A DNA stretch of 64,000 bases from Verrucomicrobiia bacterium (GTDB lineage: Bacteria > Verrucomicrobiota > Verrucomicrobiia > Limisphaerales > UBA1319), in assembly GCA_963664225.1 (NCBI GenBank), contig OY760937.1, positions 2,208,001-2,272,000 on the forward strand, given 5' to 3'. The notes under the pieces were generated by a model that was not told where the DNA came from, did not search any database, and saw only the letters and a program-made list of their open reading frames with translations. Within the stretch, counting starts at the first letter, position 1. Each line of letters opens with the position of its first letter. The translations under genes were made by a program, and so were the position numbers. Positions 40,084-48,447 of this stretch are shown here, piece after piece.

Positions 40084-40524
40084 TCAACCCTTCAGGCGCT
40101 TGAACAATTCCACCTCATCGACAATGTTGATCTTTTTCGCCTTGAGCGTTTTGATCGCCTTGTCGGGATCGTCGAAGCGGAACACGAGCACCCCCTTGTC
40201 CTCTTTCTTGAGGGTGAAGGCATACATGTATTCCACGTTGATGCCCGTCTTCTCCACGGCATCGAGAATTTCAACCAAACCGCCAGGGCGATCCGGCACC
40301 TCGATGGCGAGCACCTCGGTGATTTTGGCAACGCAGCCGGCTTTTTCGAGAACGGCCTGGGCCTTCTCCCACTCCTGAACAATAATGCGCAGAATCCCGA
40401 ACTGCTGGGTATCCGCGAGCGTCAGGGTGATGAGATTGATGCCGGCCTTCGAAAGCACGCGGCAGGGAACGGACATGCTGCCGGGCTTGTTTTCCAGGAA
40501 CAGGGAGAGTTGTTTGATTTTCAT
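40084..40524 (-). CDS. Tandem ACT-domain protein
   Basis: QLSLFLENKPG, DRPGGL, INVEYMYAF. Confidence 0.92.
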   Translation of the reverse strand: MKIKQLSLFLENKPGSMSVPCRVLSKAGINLITLTLADTQQFGILRIIVQEWEKAQAVLEKAGCVAKITEVLAIEVPDRPGGLVEILDAVEKTGINVEYMYAFTLKKEDKGVLVFRFDDPDKAIKTLKAKKINIVDEVELFKRLKG

Positions 40525-41861
40525 ACGGCTTTTTCGTTGCGGCGGTCGATCACGCGTTTGGCCTTGCCTTCGCTGCGGGGAATGGTGCCCGGGGCCACCA
40601 GGCGCAGGGCCACGCGCAGTCCGATGGTATGCTCGATTTCACTGCTCAGGCGGCGCTGCAAACCTTCCATCTCGCTGATGCGGTCGCTGAACAATTCCGG
40701 GGTGACCTCAACCTGCACCTCCACATTGTCGAGCCCCTTGTCGCGGGTGAGAATGATCTGGTAATGCGGCAGCGTGCCTTCCACCACCAGCAGCGCGGTC
40801 TCGATCTGGGAGGGGAACATGTTCACACCGCGGATGATCAACATGTCGTCGCTGCGGCGCGCAATGCGTTCAATGCGCCGGATGGTCCGGCCGCAGGGAC
40901 AGGCGGTCGCGTGCAGGCGGCTGATGTCATGCGTGCGGTAGCGGATCATGGGCATCGCCTCTTTGCTCAGCGTGGTGATGACCAATTCGCCTTCCTCGCC
41001 GTCCTTGCACGGTTTGCCGGTCTTGATGTTGATGATCTCCGGGTAGAAATGATCCTCGAACATGTGCAGGCCGTCATGGTGCGGGCACTCGATGGCCACG
41101 CCCGGACCGATGATTTCCGATAGCCCGTAAATATCGAACGGCGTGATGCCGCTGTCTTTCTTGATGCGCTCGCGCATCTGCTCGGTCCATGGCTCGGCGC
41201 CGAAAACGCCCACGCGCAACGGGAGCTCGCGGATGTTGACCTTCAGTTCGATGCACTGGTCGATGAGATGCAGAAAATAGCTCGGGGTGCAGCAGATCGC
41301 GGTGACCTTGAAATCCTTGAGCACCATGATCTGGCGATGTGTGTTCCCGCCGGAGACCGGGATAACGGTCGCCCCGAGGGCTTCCGCGCCGTAGTGCGCG
41401 CCCAAACCACCCGTGAACAATCCGTAGCCGTACGAATTTTGGATCACATCTCCGCGATGCAGGCCACAGGCCGCAAAGCTGCGCACCATGACGCCCGCCC
41501 AGGTTTGGACATCGCCCGGCGTGTAGGCCACCACGATCGGCTTTCCGGTGGTGCCGCTGGAGGCATGCAGGCGCACGACCTCGTCCATGGGACTGGCGAA
41601 CAGCCCAAAGGGATAAGTGTCGCGCAGGTCGGTTTTCTCGGTGTAGGGCAGCTTGACGATGTCCTCGAGGTGTTTGATGTCCGAGGGCTTGACCTTGCGC
41701 TCGTCCATGCGCTGGCGAAACAAGGGAACATGATCGTAGCACCGTTGCGTCACGGCCTTGAGCCGACGCAATTGGAGGTTTCGCAACTGTGGGATGGGCA
41801 GATAATCCATTGCGCTGGCGGGGTGAAAACCCTCGCCTGCGTCACACCATATTTCTTTCAT
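40521..41861 (-). CDS. paaK: Phenylacetate-CoA ligase family
   Basis: HASSGTTGKP, DIYGLSEIIGPG, RSDDMLIIRGVN, GKAKRVIDRR. Confidence 0.92.
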   Translation of the reverse strand: MKEIWCDAGEGFHPASAMDYLPIPQLRNLQLRRLKAVTQRCYDHVPLFRQRMDERKVKPSDIKHLEDIVKLPYTEKTDLRDTYPFGLFASPMDEVVRLHASSGTTGKPIVVAYTPGDVQTWAGVMVRSFAACGLHRGDVIQNSYGYGLFTGGLGAHYGAEALGATVIPVSGGNTHRQIMVLKDFKVTAICCTPSYFLHLIDQCIELKVNIRELPLRVGVFGAEPWTEQMRERIKKDSGITPFDIYGLSEIIGPGVAIECPHHDGLHMFEDHFYPEIINIKTGKPCKDGEEGELVITTLSKEAMPMIRYRTHDISRLHATACPCGRTIRRIERIARRSDDMLIIRGVNMFPSQIETALLVVEGTLPHYQIILTRDKGLDNVEVQVEVTPELFSDRISEMEGLQRRLSSEIEHTIGLRVALRLVAPGTIPRSEGKAKRVIDRRNEKAV

Positions 41862-41879
41862 ATTGTATGATTAATAAAA

Positions 41880-42368
41880 TCAGGAGGCCGCTCTTGCGCA
41901 TCCCAGTTCAAACGCGCGCAGGTTCATCTCCAATAGTTTTTCAGGCATGTGGGCGCGGATCGCCTCCAGCCAGTGTTCGCGCGTAATTTTCAGATGGTGG
42001 CTTAACAGACCCAGTAAGGCAATGTTTAAACTTTTGGGATGCAGCAGCAATTCCGCCGGGATGGCGCTGGGGGCGAGCACCACGGTGGAAGGCTTCATGT
42101 AATGGCGGTTGGGTTCCAATTGGTCCCCGGCCAGCAGCACCAGAAAATCGGCCTCGCCCAGCGGCACCATGGGGCTCAAGACGCGTTCCCCAAACCGCAC
42201 GTCGCTCGTGACGGATCCGCCCCGCTGGCTCATGCCGTGCAATTCGCTTTTTTTCACATCCCAGCCCATGCGCAAGGCGGCGTCGGCGAGAATGTCGGAG
42301 GCCTTGAGCACACCCTGGCCGCCGAGTCCGGCGAACACGATGTTGGTGGCAGGTTTAATGGTTTCCAT
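41880..42368 (-). CDS. iorB: Indolepyruvate:ferredoxin oxidoreductase beta subunit
   Basis: GLGGQGV, SELHGMSQRGGSV. Confidence 0.92.
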   Translation of the reverse strand: METIKPATNIVFAGLGGQGVLKASDILADAALRMGWDVKKSELHGMSQRGGSVTSDVRFGERVLSPMVPLGEADFLVLLAGDQLEPNRHYMKPSTVVLAPSAIPAELLLHPKSLNIALLGLLSHHLKITREHWLEAIRAHMPEKLLEMNLRAFELGCARAAS

Positions 42369-42394
42369 GAATAATTGTCCTCAATAATTGTTGT

Positions 42395-44026
42395 TCAACC
42401 CGCGGCTTCTTCCGTCACTGCTGCGTCGCATTGCCGCTTCTCATATTCCCGGATTTGTTTCGCGATCAGAATGCACGGGCGCCGGGCGATGATCACCACC
42501 AACTCGCCGCTGTCCAGGCTCTCTTTGACGAGCTTCTCGAATTGCGGGTCGTTGGGGCGCGGCTCGATCACATGCACGCGCTGGATGCCCAGTGAGCGGG
42601 CCAGGTCTTCGAAAACGACCTTGCCGGTTGGATCATGCACCAGGTTGCGTCCAGTGGCGGGATTCTCCTGGTGCCCGGTCATGGCCGTGGTGCTGTTGTC
42701 GAGGATGATGAGGACATGGCCGGTGGAGGGCGGGTTATAGATCATTTCCACCAGACCCGTGATTCCGCTATGCACAAAGGTGCTGTCTCCGATCACGCTC
42801 ACCACGCGCCGCGCTTCCGCGTCCGGCAGGGTGTGACGCAGACCCAGCCCCACGCCGATGCTCGCCCCCATGCAAACGCAGGTGTCCATGGCCTTGAACG
42901 GCGGCAGCACGCCCAGCGTGTAACAGCCAATATCGCCAGAGACGATGCAATCCATGCGGCCGAGGGTCTCGAAAACCACGCGATGCGAGCAGCCCTCGCA
43001 TAATTGCGGCGGCTTGCCGGGCAGGGGCGGGGGTTCCGGCGAAACATCGCCTGTGAGTATGCGACGCACGCGGTTCACATTCAGTTCGCCATGCCGATAC
43101 ATGGCCGGTTTGTTCTCCACGGGTATGCCGAGCACGCGAATGGATTCGTACAAATAAGGATCGCCCTCTTCGATCACCACGCAGCGTTTCACTTTTTTGG
43201 CGAACGCGGCAATCTTGGCCGCAGGCAGCGGATAAGTAAAACCGAGCTGGAGCACGCTCGCGCCTGGGGCCGCTTCCAATGCGTGATTCACGGAGACTCC
43301 GGAGGTAATGATGCCCAGGTCCGCGCTGCCGGGAAACTCGCGGTTCAACGAACAGGTTTCGTTCCAAACGGCCATTTCCGCGAGCTTGGCGCGTAAATTG
43401 TGATGTGCCGGGCGCGCATAGGCGGGAATCATGACGCGGTGCTGCACGTCGCGTTTGAAGGCCTCCGGCTTCGCTGCTGGGACCGCCGACTCGGGACGGG
43501 GTTTAACCACGGTTTTCGCATGGCACACACGCGTGGTGATGCGCAGCAGCACCGGGATGTGCCACCGCTCGGAAATCTCAATCGCATCAAAGAGGAAATC
43601 GTAGGCCTGCTGCGAGTCGGAAGGCTCCAGCATGGGCAGGCCGGCCGCCACCGCGTAGCGGCGGTTATCCTGCTCGTTCTGGCTGGAGGCCATTCCCGGA
43701 TCGTCCGCGGAAATGATCACCAGCGCGCCCGTGACGCCCGTATAAGCCACGGTGAAGAGCGGATCGGCCGCCACGTTCAGACCGACATGCTTCATGGTCA
43801 CGATGGCCCGGCCTCCGGCAAAGGCCGCGCCGATGGCAACCTCCATGGCCACTTTTTCATTCGGCGACCATTGAACCCGGGCCTTGCCGACCATGCGGGA
43901 CAATTCCTCGAGGATTTCGGTGGAGGGCGTGCCGGGGTAACCGGTGCCCAGAACCACGCCCGCGTGCAGCGATGCCAGGGCCAGGGCCTCGTCGCCGCTC
44001 ATTAAGAAACGTTCGTTTTGCATCAA
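42395..44026 (-). CDS. iorA: Indolepyruvate:ferredoxin oxidoreductase alpha subunit
   Basis: GYPGTPSTEI, MKHVGLNVAAD, SGDIGCY, IGDSTFVHSG, TAMTGHQ. Confidence 0.93.
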   Translation of the reverse strand: MMQNERFLMSGDEALALASLHAGVVLGTGYPGTPSTEILEELSRMVGKARVQWSPNEKVAMEVAIGAAFAGGRAIVTMKHVGLNVAADPLFTVAYTGVTGALVIISADDPGMASSQNEQDNRRYAVAAGLPMLEPSDSQQAYDFLFDAIEISERWHIPVLLRITTRVCHAKTVVKPRPESAVPAAKPEAFKRDVQHRVMIPAYARPAHHNLRAKLAEMAVWNETCSLNREFPGSADLGIITSGVSVNHALEAAPGASVLQLGFTYPLPAAKIAAFAKKVKRCVVIEEGDPYLYESIRVLGIPVENKPAMYRHGELNVNRVRRILTGDVSPEPPPLPGKPPQLCEGCSHRVVFETLGRMDCIVSGDIGCYTLGVLPPFKAMDTCVCMGASIGVGLGLRHTLPDAEARRVVSVIGDSTFVHSGITGLVEMIYNPPSTGHVLIILDNSTTAMTGHQENPATGRNLVHDPTGKVVFEDLARSLGIQRVHVIEPRPNDPQFEKLVKESLDSGELVVIIARRPCILIAKQIREYEKRQCDAAVTEEAAG

Positions 44027-44105
44027 TTTAATTCCACAGAGTTAATCCTGAAAAATGGGATGAGCGCAAAGTCTTTTTCAACGGAGTCTGGCGCATGGGA
44101 GGAAA

Positions 44106-44522
44106 TCAGGTTTGAACATTTCCCGCCAGGGCCTCCGCAAACCATCCGGGCGGACGCACCGGCCGACCCTCGCGGTTGATGAAGGCATGAATGGTGTAGC
44201 CGTTTGTCACGGGCTGACGGGTCAGCGCCTGCACCAGGGTCACCTCGCAGCGCAGCCGGGCCCGCCCTTCGAACGTGGCCGTCGTGGTCATTTCCAGCAA
44301 ATCGTCGTAACGCGCCCGGCCCGGATACAAAATGTGGGCCTCGACCACCGGCAGAAAAAATCCGCGTTCCTCCATCACCGCATACGGCACCCCGATAGCG
44401 CGCATCAATTCCGAGCGTCCGCACTCGAACCATTCCAGCGCGCGCGAGTTGTAAAACGTGCCCATCTGGTCCGTCTCGCTGTAACGAACCCGCAATTGTG
44501 ATACATGGGTTGCCGTGTTCAT
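44106..44522 (-). CDS. Hotdog-fold acyl-CoA thioesterase (YbgC-like)
   Basis: VRYSETDQMG, WFECGR, ARYDD. Confidence 0.88.
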   Translation of the reverse strand: MNTATHVSQLRVRYSETDQMGTFYNSRALEWFECGRSELMRAIGVPYAVMEERGFFLPVVEAHILYPGRARYDDLLEMTTTATFEGRARLRCEVTLVQALTRQPVTNGYTIHAFINREGRPVRPPGWFAEALAGNVQT

Positions 44523-44598
44523 GCTCTGATTTTGTCCAATATCCAGCGTGGACTCCAACAAAAACCGGGGGCGAATGCAAGTGCCGGATTAACGCGCA

Positions 44599-44895
44599 TC
44601 AGTCTCCAAAGAGCTTTTTGAATTGTTCGCGCGCGCTGTTTTCTCTCGGGTTGGCACTGGCTTTGGGGGTGAACACACGCCGGATAAAATCGAAATACTC
44701 GCAGAAATTGCCCCGATCCGCATCCTCCACCGGTTCCGCGCGGCGGTCCCGGCAATGATGCGCGGCACGGGCATCATAGCTGACGCAGTTCAGGCAAACC
44801 CGCAGTTCGGCGTTGCATTGATGGCAGCTTTCCGTGCGTCCCGGCTGTCCGGCCAGGGTCCATTCCCATCCGCATTTGTGGCAGTGACGTGTCAT
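44599..44895 (-). CDS. Small Cys-rich metal-binding hypothetical protein
   Basis: Three CxxC pairs plus C..NFCEYF. Confidence 0.75.
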   Translation of the reverse strand: MTRHCHKCGWEWTLAGQPGRTESCHQCNAELRVCLNCVSYDARAAHHCRDRRAEPVEDADRGNFCEYFDFIRRVFTPKASANPRENSAREQFKKLFGD

Positions 44896-44930
44896 GGCAA
44901 AAAATCTAACACAGCGGTCAAGATGGTGGA

Positions 44931-46013
44931 TTACCGAGCAATCCATCCGCCGCCCACCACCACGTCACCATCGTAGAAAACGCAGGCCTGGCCCGGTGTG
45001 ATGGCCCGTTGCGGCACATGCAGACGGACTTTTGCGGCACCACCCGGCAGCGGCGTTACCGTGGCCGGCGCGCCGGGATTCTTGTAACGGATTTTCGCCG
45101 AAACTTCCAGTGTCTCCGGTGGTGTTTCAAACGCGATCCAGTTGCAGCGTTCCACGCGGAATTCGTCCCGGTCCAGATCGGCATCCCCACCGAGCACCAC
45201 CCGGTTGGTTTCCGGATCCAGCGCCACCACATAGAGCGGACGCGTGGACGAAATGCCCAACCCCTTCCTTTGGCCAATGGTGAAAAACTCGATCCCGTCA
45301 TGGTGCCCGAGCACTTTCCCTGTCAGATCGACCATCTCGCCCCGGTGACGAACCGTTGCGCCTGAATCGAGCAGGAACTTGCCGTAATCGTTGTCGGGCA
45401 CGAAACAGATTTCCATGCTCTCCTCCTTGTCGGCAGTCTTGAGCTCGCTCTGCCGGGCCACATCGCGCGTCTCGGTCTTCGTCATTTCCCCCAGCGGCAT
45501 GAGGGTGTGCGCGAGTTGATCCTGCTTGAGCGAAAAAAGGAAATAACTCTGATCCTTGCGCGGGTCGCGTCCCTTCTTGAGCAGCGTCCGGCCATTGGGT
45601 CCGGCCTCAATCCGCGCGTAATGCCCCGTGGCCACCCATTCGGCGCCCAGTTGACGCGCCCGTTCCAGCAGCGTGCCAAACTTCAGCTTCTCGTTGCAGA
45701 GCACACAGGGATTGGGCGTGTTCCCGGCTTTGTATTCCGCCGAAAAGTATTGAATCACCTCTTTTTTGAATTGGTCGGACTCGTCCACCAGGTAGAAGGG
45801 GATGCCCAGCTTGCCGCAAACGCCCCGCGCGTCCGTAACCGCCTGCGGGCCGCAGCATTTATCCTCGGCGCGGGAGGAGCAATCCTGGGGCCAGAGCTTG
45901 AGCGTGATGCCAATCACTTCGTAACCCTGCTGCAGTAGCAACGCCGCCGCAGTCGAGGAATCCACCCCGCCGCTCATGCCCACCACCACGCGCCTGTTCG
46001 TATCGTTATTCAC
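44931..46013 (-). CDS. mnmA: tRNA 2-thiouridine synthase (CxxC type)
   Basis: GMSGGVDSS, TPNPCVLCN, ATGHYAR, KDQSYFL, TPGQACVFY; start uncertain. Confidence 0.96.
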   Translation of the reverse strand: MNNDTNRRVVVGMSGGVDSSTAAALLLQQGYEVIGITLKLWPQDCSSRAEDKCCGPQAVTDARGVCGKLGIPFYLVDESDQFKKEVIQYFSAEYKAGNTPNPCVLCNEKLKFGTLLERARQLGAEWVATGHYARIEAGPNGRTLLKKGRDPRKDQSYFLFSLKQDQLAHTLMPLGEMTKTETRDVARQSELKTADKEESMEICFVPDNDYGKFLLDSGATVRHRGEMVDLTGKVLGHHDGIEFFTIGQRKGLGISSTRPLYVVALDPETNRVVLGGDADLDRDEFRVERCNWIAFETPPETLEVSAKIRYKNPGAPATVTPLPGGAAKVRLHVPQRAITPGQACVFYDGDVVVGGGWIAR

Positions 46014-46120
46014 CGGCTGCCAAGATAGAGTTCGATTCCCCGCGTGTAAAGTGGGGGTGCTAATGTCCCGCGCAAACATTCCCATTGCCAGTCCTGTTTG
46101 GTCGTGACACATTCCAGTTT

Positions 46121-47317
46121 ATGAAACGCCTATTGTATTCCCTCTGCTCGGCGACGGTTTTGATGACGGGTGTTCTGCAACGCCTTCAAGCCCAGGATAC
46201 GAACGACTTCTTTCCGCTCATGGCCTGGAACTGGTCCTCATCGGATCCTGCCGTGTATCAGAAAATGCACGACTGCGGATTGACCGTGGCCGGGTTCGTC
46301 GCGCCCAGGGATCTGGATCTTTGCCAGGCGGCGGGGTTGAAGGCCATTGTGTCAGACAAGAGGGCGTCCGATTATGATTGGCGGAATGTCGATGAGGCAG
46401 CCGCCCGGAGCAATATTACCAGCCTGGTGGACGAGGTTGGCAAACATCCCGCGCTCTACGGATTTTATCTCAGGGACGAACCCGGCGCGGATCTTTTTCC
46501 CGGTCTGGGCAAAGTGGCCTCGCTCATTCACGAACTCGCGCCAGGCAAATGGGCCTACATCAATCTATTTCCAAACTACGCCTCCGCCGCGCAACTGGGC
46601 AACGAAAACTACCGGGCGCACCTCGACAAATTTGTGGAGGCCTGTCATCCCACCGTTCTGAGCTACGATCATTACGCGCTCATGGACGACGGTTCCCTGC
46701 GCAACGGTTATTGGCAAAACCTCGAGCAGATGCGCGGCACAGGCCTGAAGAATCACATTCCCTTTTGGAACATTGTGCTTTCCGTGGCGCATTTCAATTA
46801 CCGTGAACCGACTGCTGCCGACCTGCGGTTTCAGGTCTATACCACTCTCGCCTACGGGGGACGCGGCATCGCCTACTTCACTTACATGGCACCGGCGATT
46901 GGAAATTATCGCATGGCCCCCATCGATCAATTTGGCAATTCCACCCGCACCTGGGACGATCTGCGCAATGTGAACCTGCAAGTTGGCAAGCTCGCGCCCA
47001 CCCTTCTGAAACTCACCTCCGACGACGTCTATCATTTCGGCAAGGTGCCGGATGAATCGCATGGTCCCGGCGCCAAAAGCCTCATCGAATCCGCCGAAGG
47101 CGAATTCATGGTCGGGGATTTCACCCATGCGGACGGCAGCCGTTATGTCATGGTCGTCAACAAGGACTACAACCTGTCCCGCCACTGCAATCTCAAGTTC
47201 CGGTCCGCGCCAAAACGCCTCCAGCACGTCTCTCCTTACTCAGGCCAATTGGGCGAATTCTCCGGCGAACAGCTCTGGCTCGCCCCGGGTCAGGGAGTGT
47301 TGTTGAAACTGGATTAA
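46121..47317 (+). CDS. Secreted glycoside hydrolase-like hypothetical protein
   Basis: Signal peptide, GFYLRDEP, LSYDHY, LAYGGRGIAYFTY TIM-barrel-like motifs. Confidence 0.65.
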   Translation: MKRLLYSLCSATVLMTGVLQRLQAQDTNDFFPLMAWNWSSSDPAVYQKMHDCGLTVAGFVAPRDLDLCQAAGLKAIVSDKRASDYDWRNVDEAAARSNITSLVDEVGKHPALYGFYLRDEPGADLFPGLGKVASLIHELAPGKWAYINLFPNYASAAQLGNENYRAHLDKFVEACHPTVLSYDHYALMDDGSLRNGYWQNLEQMRGTGLKNHIPFWNIVLSVAHFNYREPTAADLRFQVYTTLAYGGRGIAYFTYMAPAIGNYRMAPIDQFGNSTRTWDDLRNVNLQVGKLAPTLLKLTSDDVYHFGKVPDESHGPGAKSLIESAEGEFMVGDFTHADGSRYVMVVNKDYNLSRHCNLKFRSAPKRLQHVSPYSGQLGEFSGEQLWLAPGQGVLLKLD

Positions 47318-47406
47318 AACGACCAGGGCATCCGGACGTTGGTTCGTGAGGCATTGCCAAATCCATTTCGAGTTCAGGTCATCGACGCTCCCTGGTTGTT
47401 TGGGAT

Positions 47407-47676
47407 TCAACGGCGTGTCTTCAAAAGCCAAACACTCAAAGTGGCAAGCATCACCGCAACGATGGTGAATAGGGTAAAAGGCACGAAAAGCTGCCAGCCA
47501 GATAACTGAATCCCTGCAAAAATCCAGGTTGCGTGCGTCGTTTCCGGCGCCCTTCGCCATGGCAAAATACAACTGACCAACAAGCTGAATGCGGCCAATC
47601 CCATGAACAGGGCGAGCAGAAAACTCAAAGCGCTGAGAATGAGTTTAAGCATGAATTCACCTGGTTTTTCGCACAT
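47407..47676 (-). CDS. Hypothetical membrane protein
   Basis: 89 aa, two hydrophobic helices. Confidence 0.45.
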   Translation of the reverse strand: MCEKPGEFMLKLILSALSFLLALFMGLAAFSLLVSCILPWRRAPETTHATWIFAGIQLSGWQLFVPFTLFTIVAVMLATLSVWLLKTRR

Positions 47677-47716
47677 TCAAACGCGGCATGACGAAAGAAT
47701 GCTGCATTCGAGGAAT

Positions 47717-47820
47717 TGATTCAACCTTTTCGGGGTTGGGGATTCGTGGGGGGGACGGCATACCCAAGGCAGGCCTCGGCGGCCAACCCGGGGCTAAATG
47801 ATTGTAACCCGTTCCGGGTT
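47717..47820 (-). repeat. Inverted copy of the AACCCGGAACGGGTT REP-like element
   Basis: Reverse complement aligns with 12166-12266 and 15554-15654. Confidence 0.8.
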
Positions 47821-47854
47821 GCCCTGACGATAAGCGTCCGATGAGCCGGTTTCG

Positions 47855-48295
47855 TCAGTGTTTCAGGCCGCCGCAATAGGGTCTCGTCTTAAGAGCGGCC
47901 AGATAATCTTCTTTTCGGTAGAAAGGCCAGACGCGCAGATCGCCACCCGCCGTAACCATTGGAGGAATCTGACGCAGTGGTATTAACCGAAATGTAGAAT
48001 TCAGGAACGCCCGAAACCCTCGTTCCGACGCCCACTCATACTCGAGGTCCGTTTTCAGAAACAGGATGACCCGCGCAAAATCACGACGCTGTCCATAGGT
48101 AAGCGCCAAATCTCCTGCTAGCCGATGCTCATGCATGTCATCGCAATAAAGCCATGCAAAACGTAAATCCACCTCAGAAACAGCTCCATCCACAGAGCAC
48201 TGGCTCAGGGCCTCGAAGCAGCGGTTGGACATCAAACCACTGGCAAGATGCCTCAAACGCTCAGCCAAATGATTGCGTGCCGTACGATCCAACAT
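47855..48295 (-). CDS. Hypothetical protein
   Basis: 146 aa, protein-like composition (ILFLKTDLEYEW, VWPFY). Confidence 0.7.
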   Translation of the reverse strand: MLDRTARNHLAERLRHLASGLMSNRCFEALSQCSVDGAVSEVDLRFAWLYCDDMHEHRLAGDLALTYGQRRDFARVILFLKTDLEYEWASERGFRAFLNSTFRLIPLRQIPPMVTAGGDLRVWPFYRKEDYLAALKTRPYCGGLKH

Positions 48296-48447
48296 AGTCG
48301 TAAAGATCTCCTTTGTTTATGCTACTCATGGGTCGCATATTTCACCGGATAGTCAATATTTTCATTTCGACATTCACCCCGCCCCAATCATGAAACTTCC
48401 GCGATTAGAACTTGCCACCCTGTCCCGTGCGCGGTTATTTTTTACGC

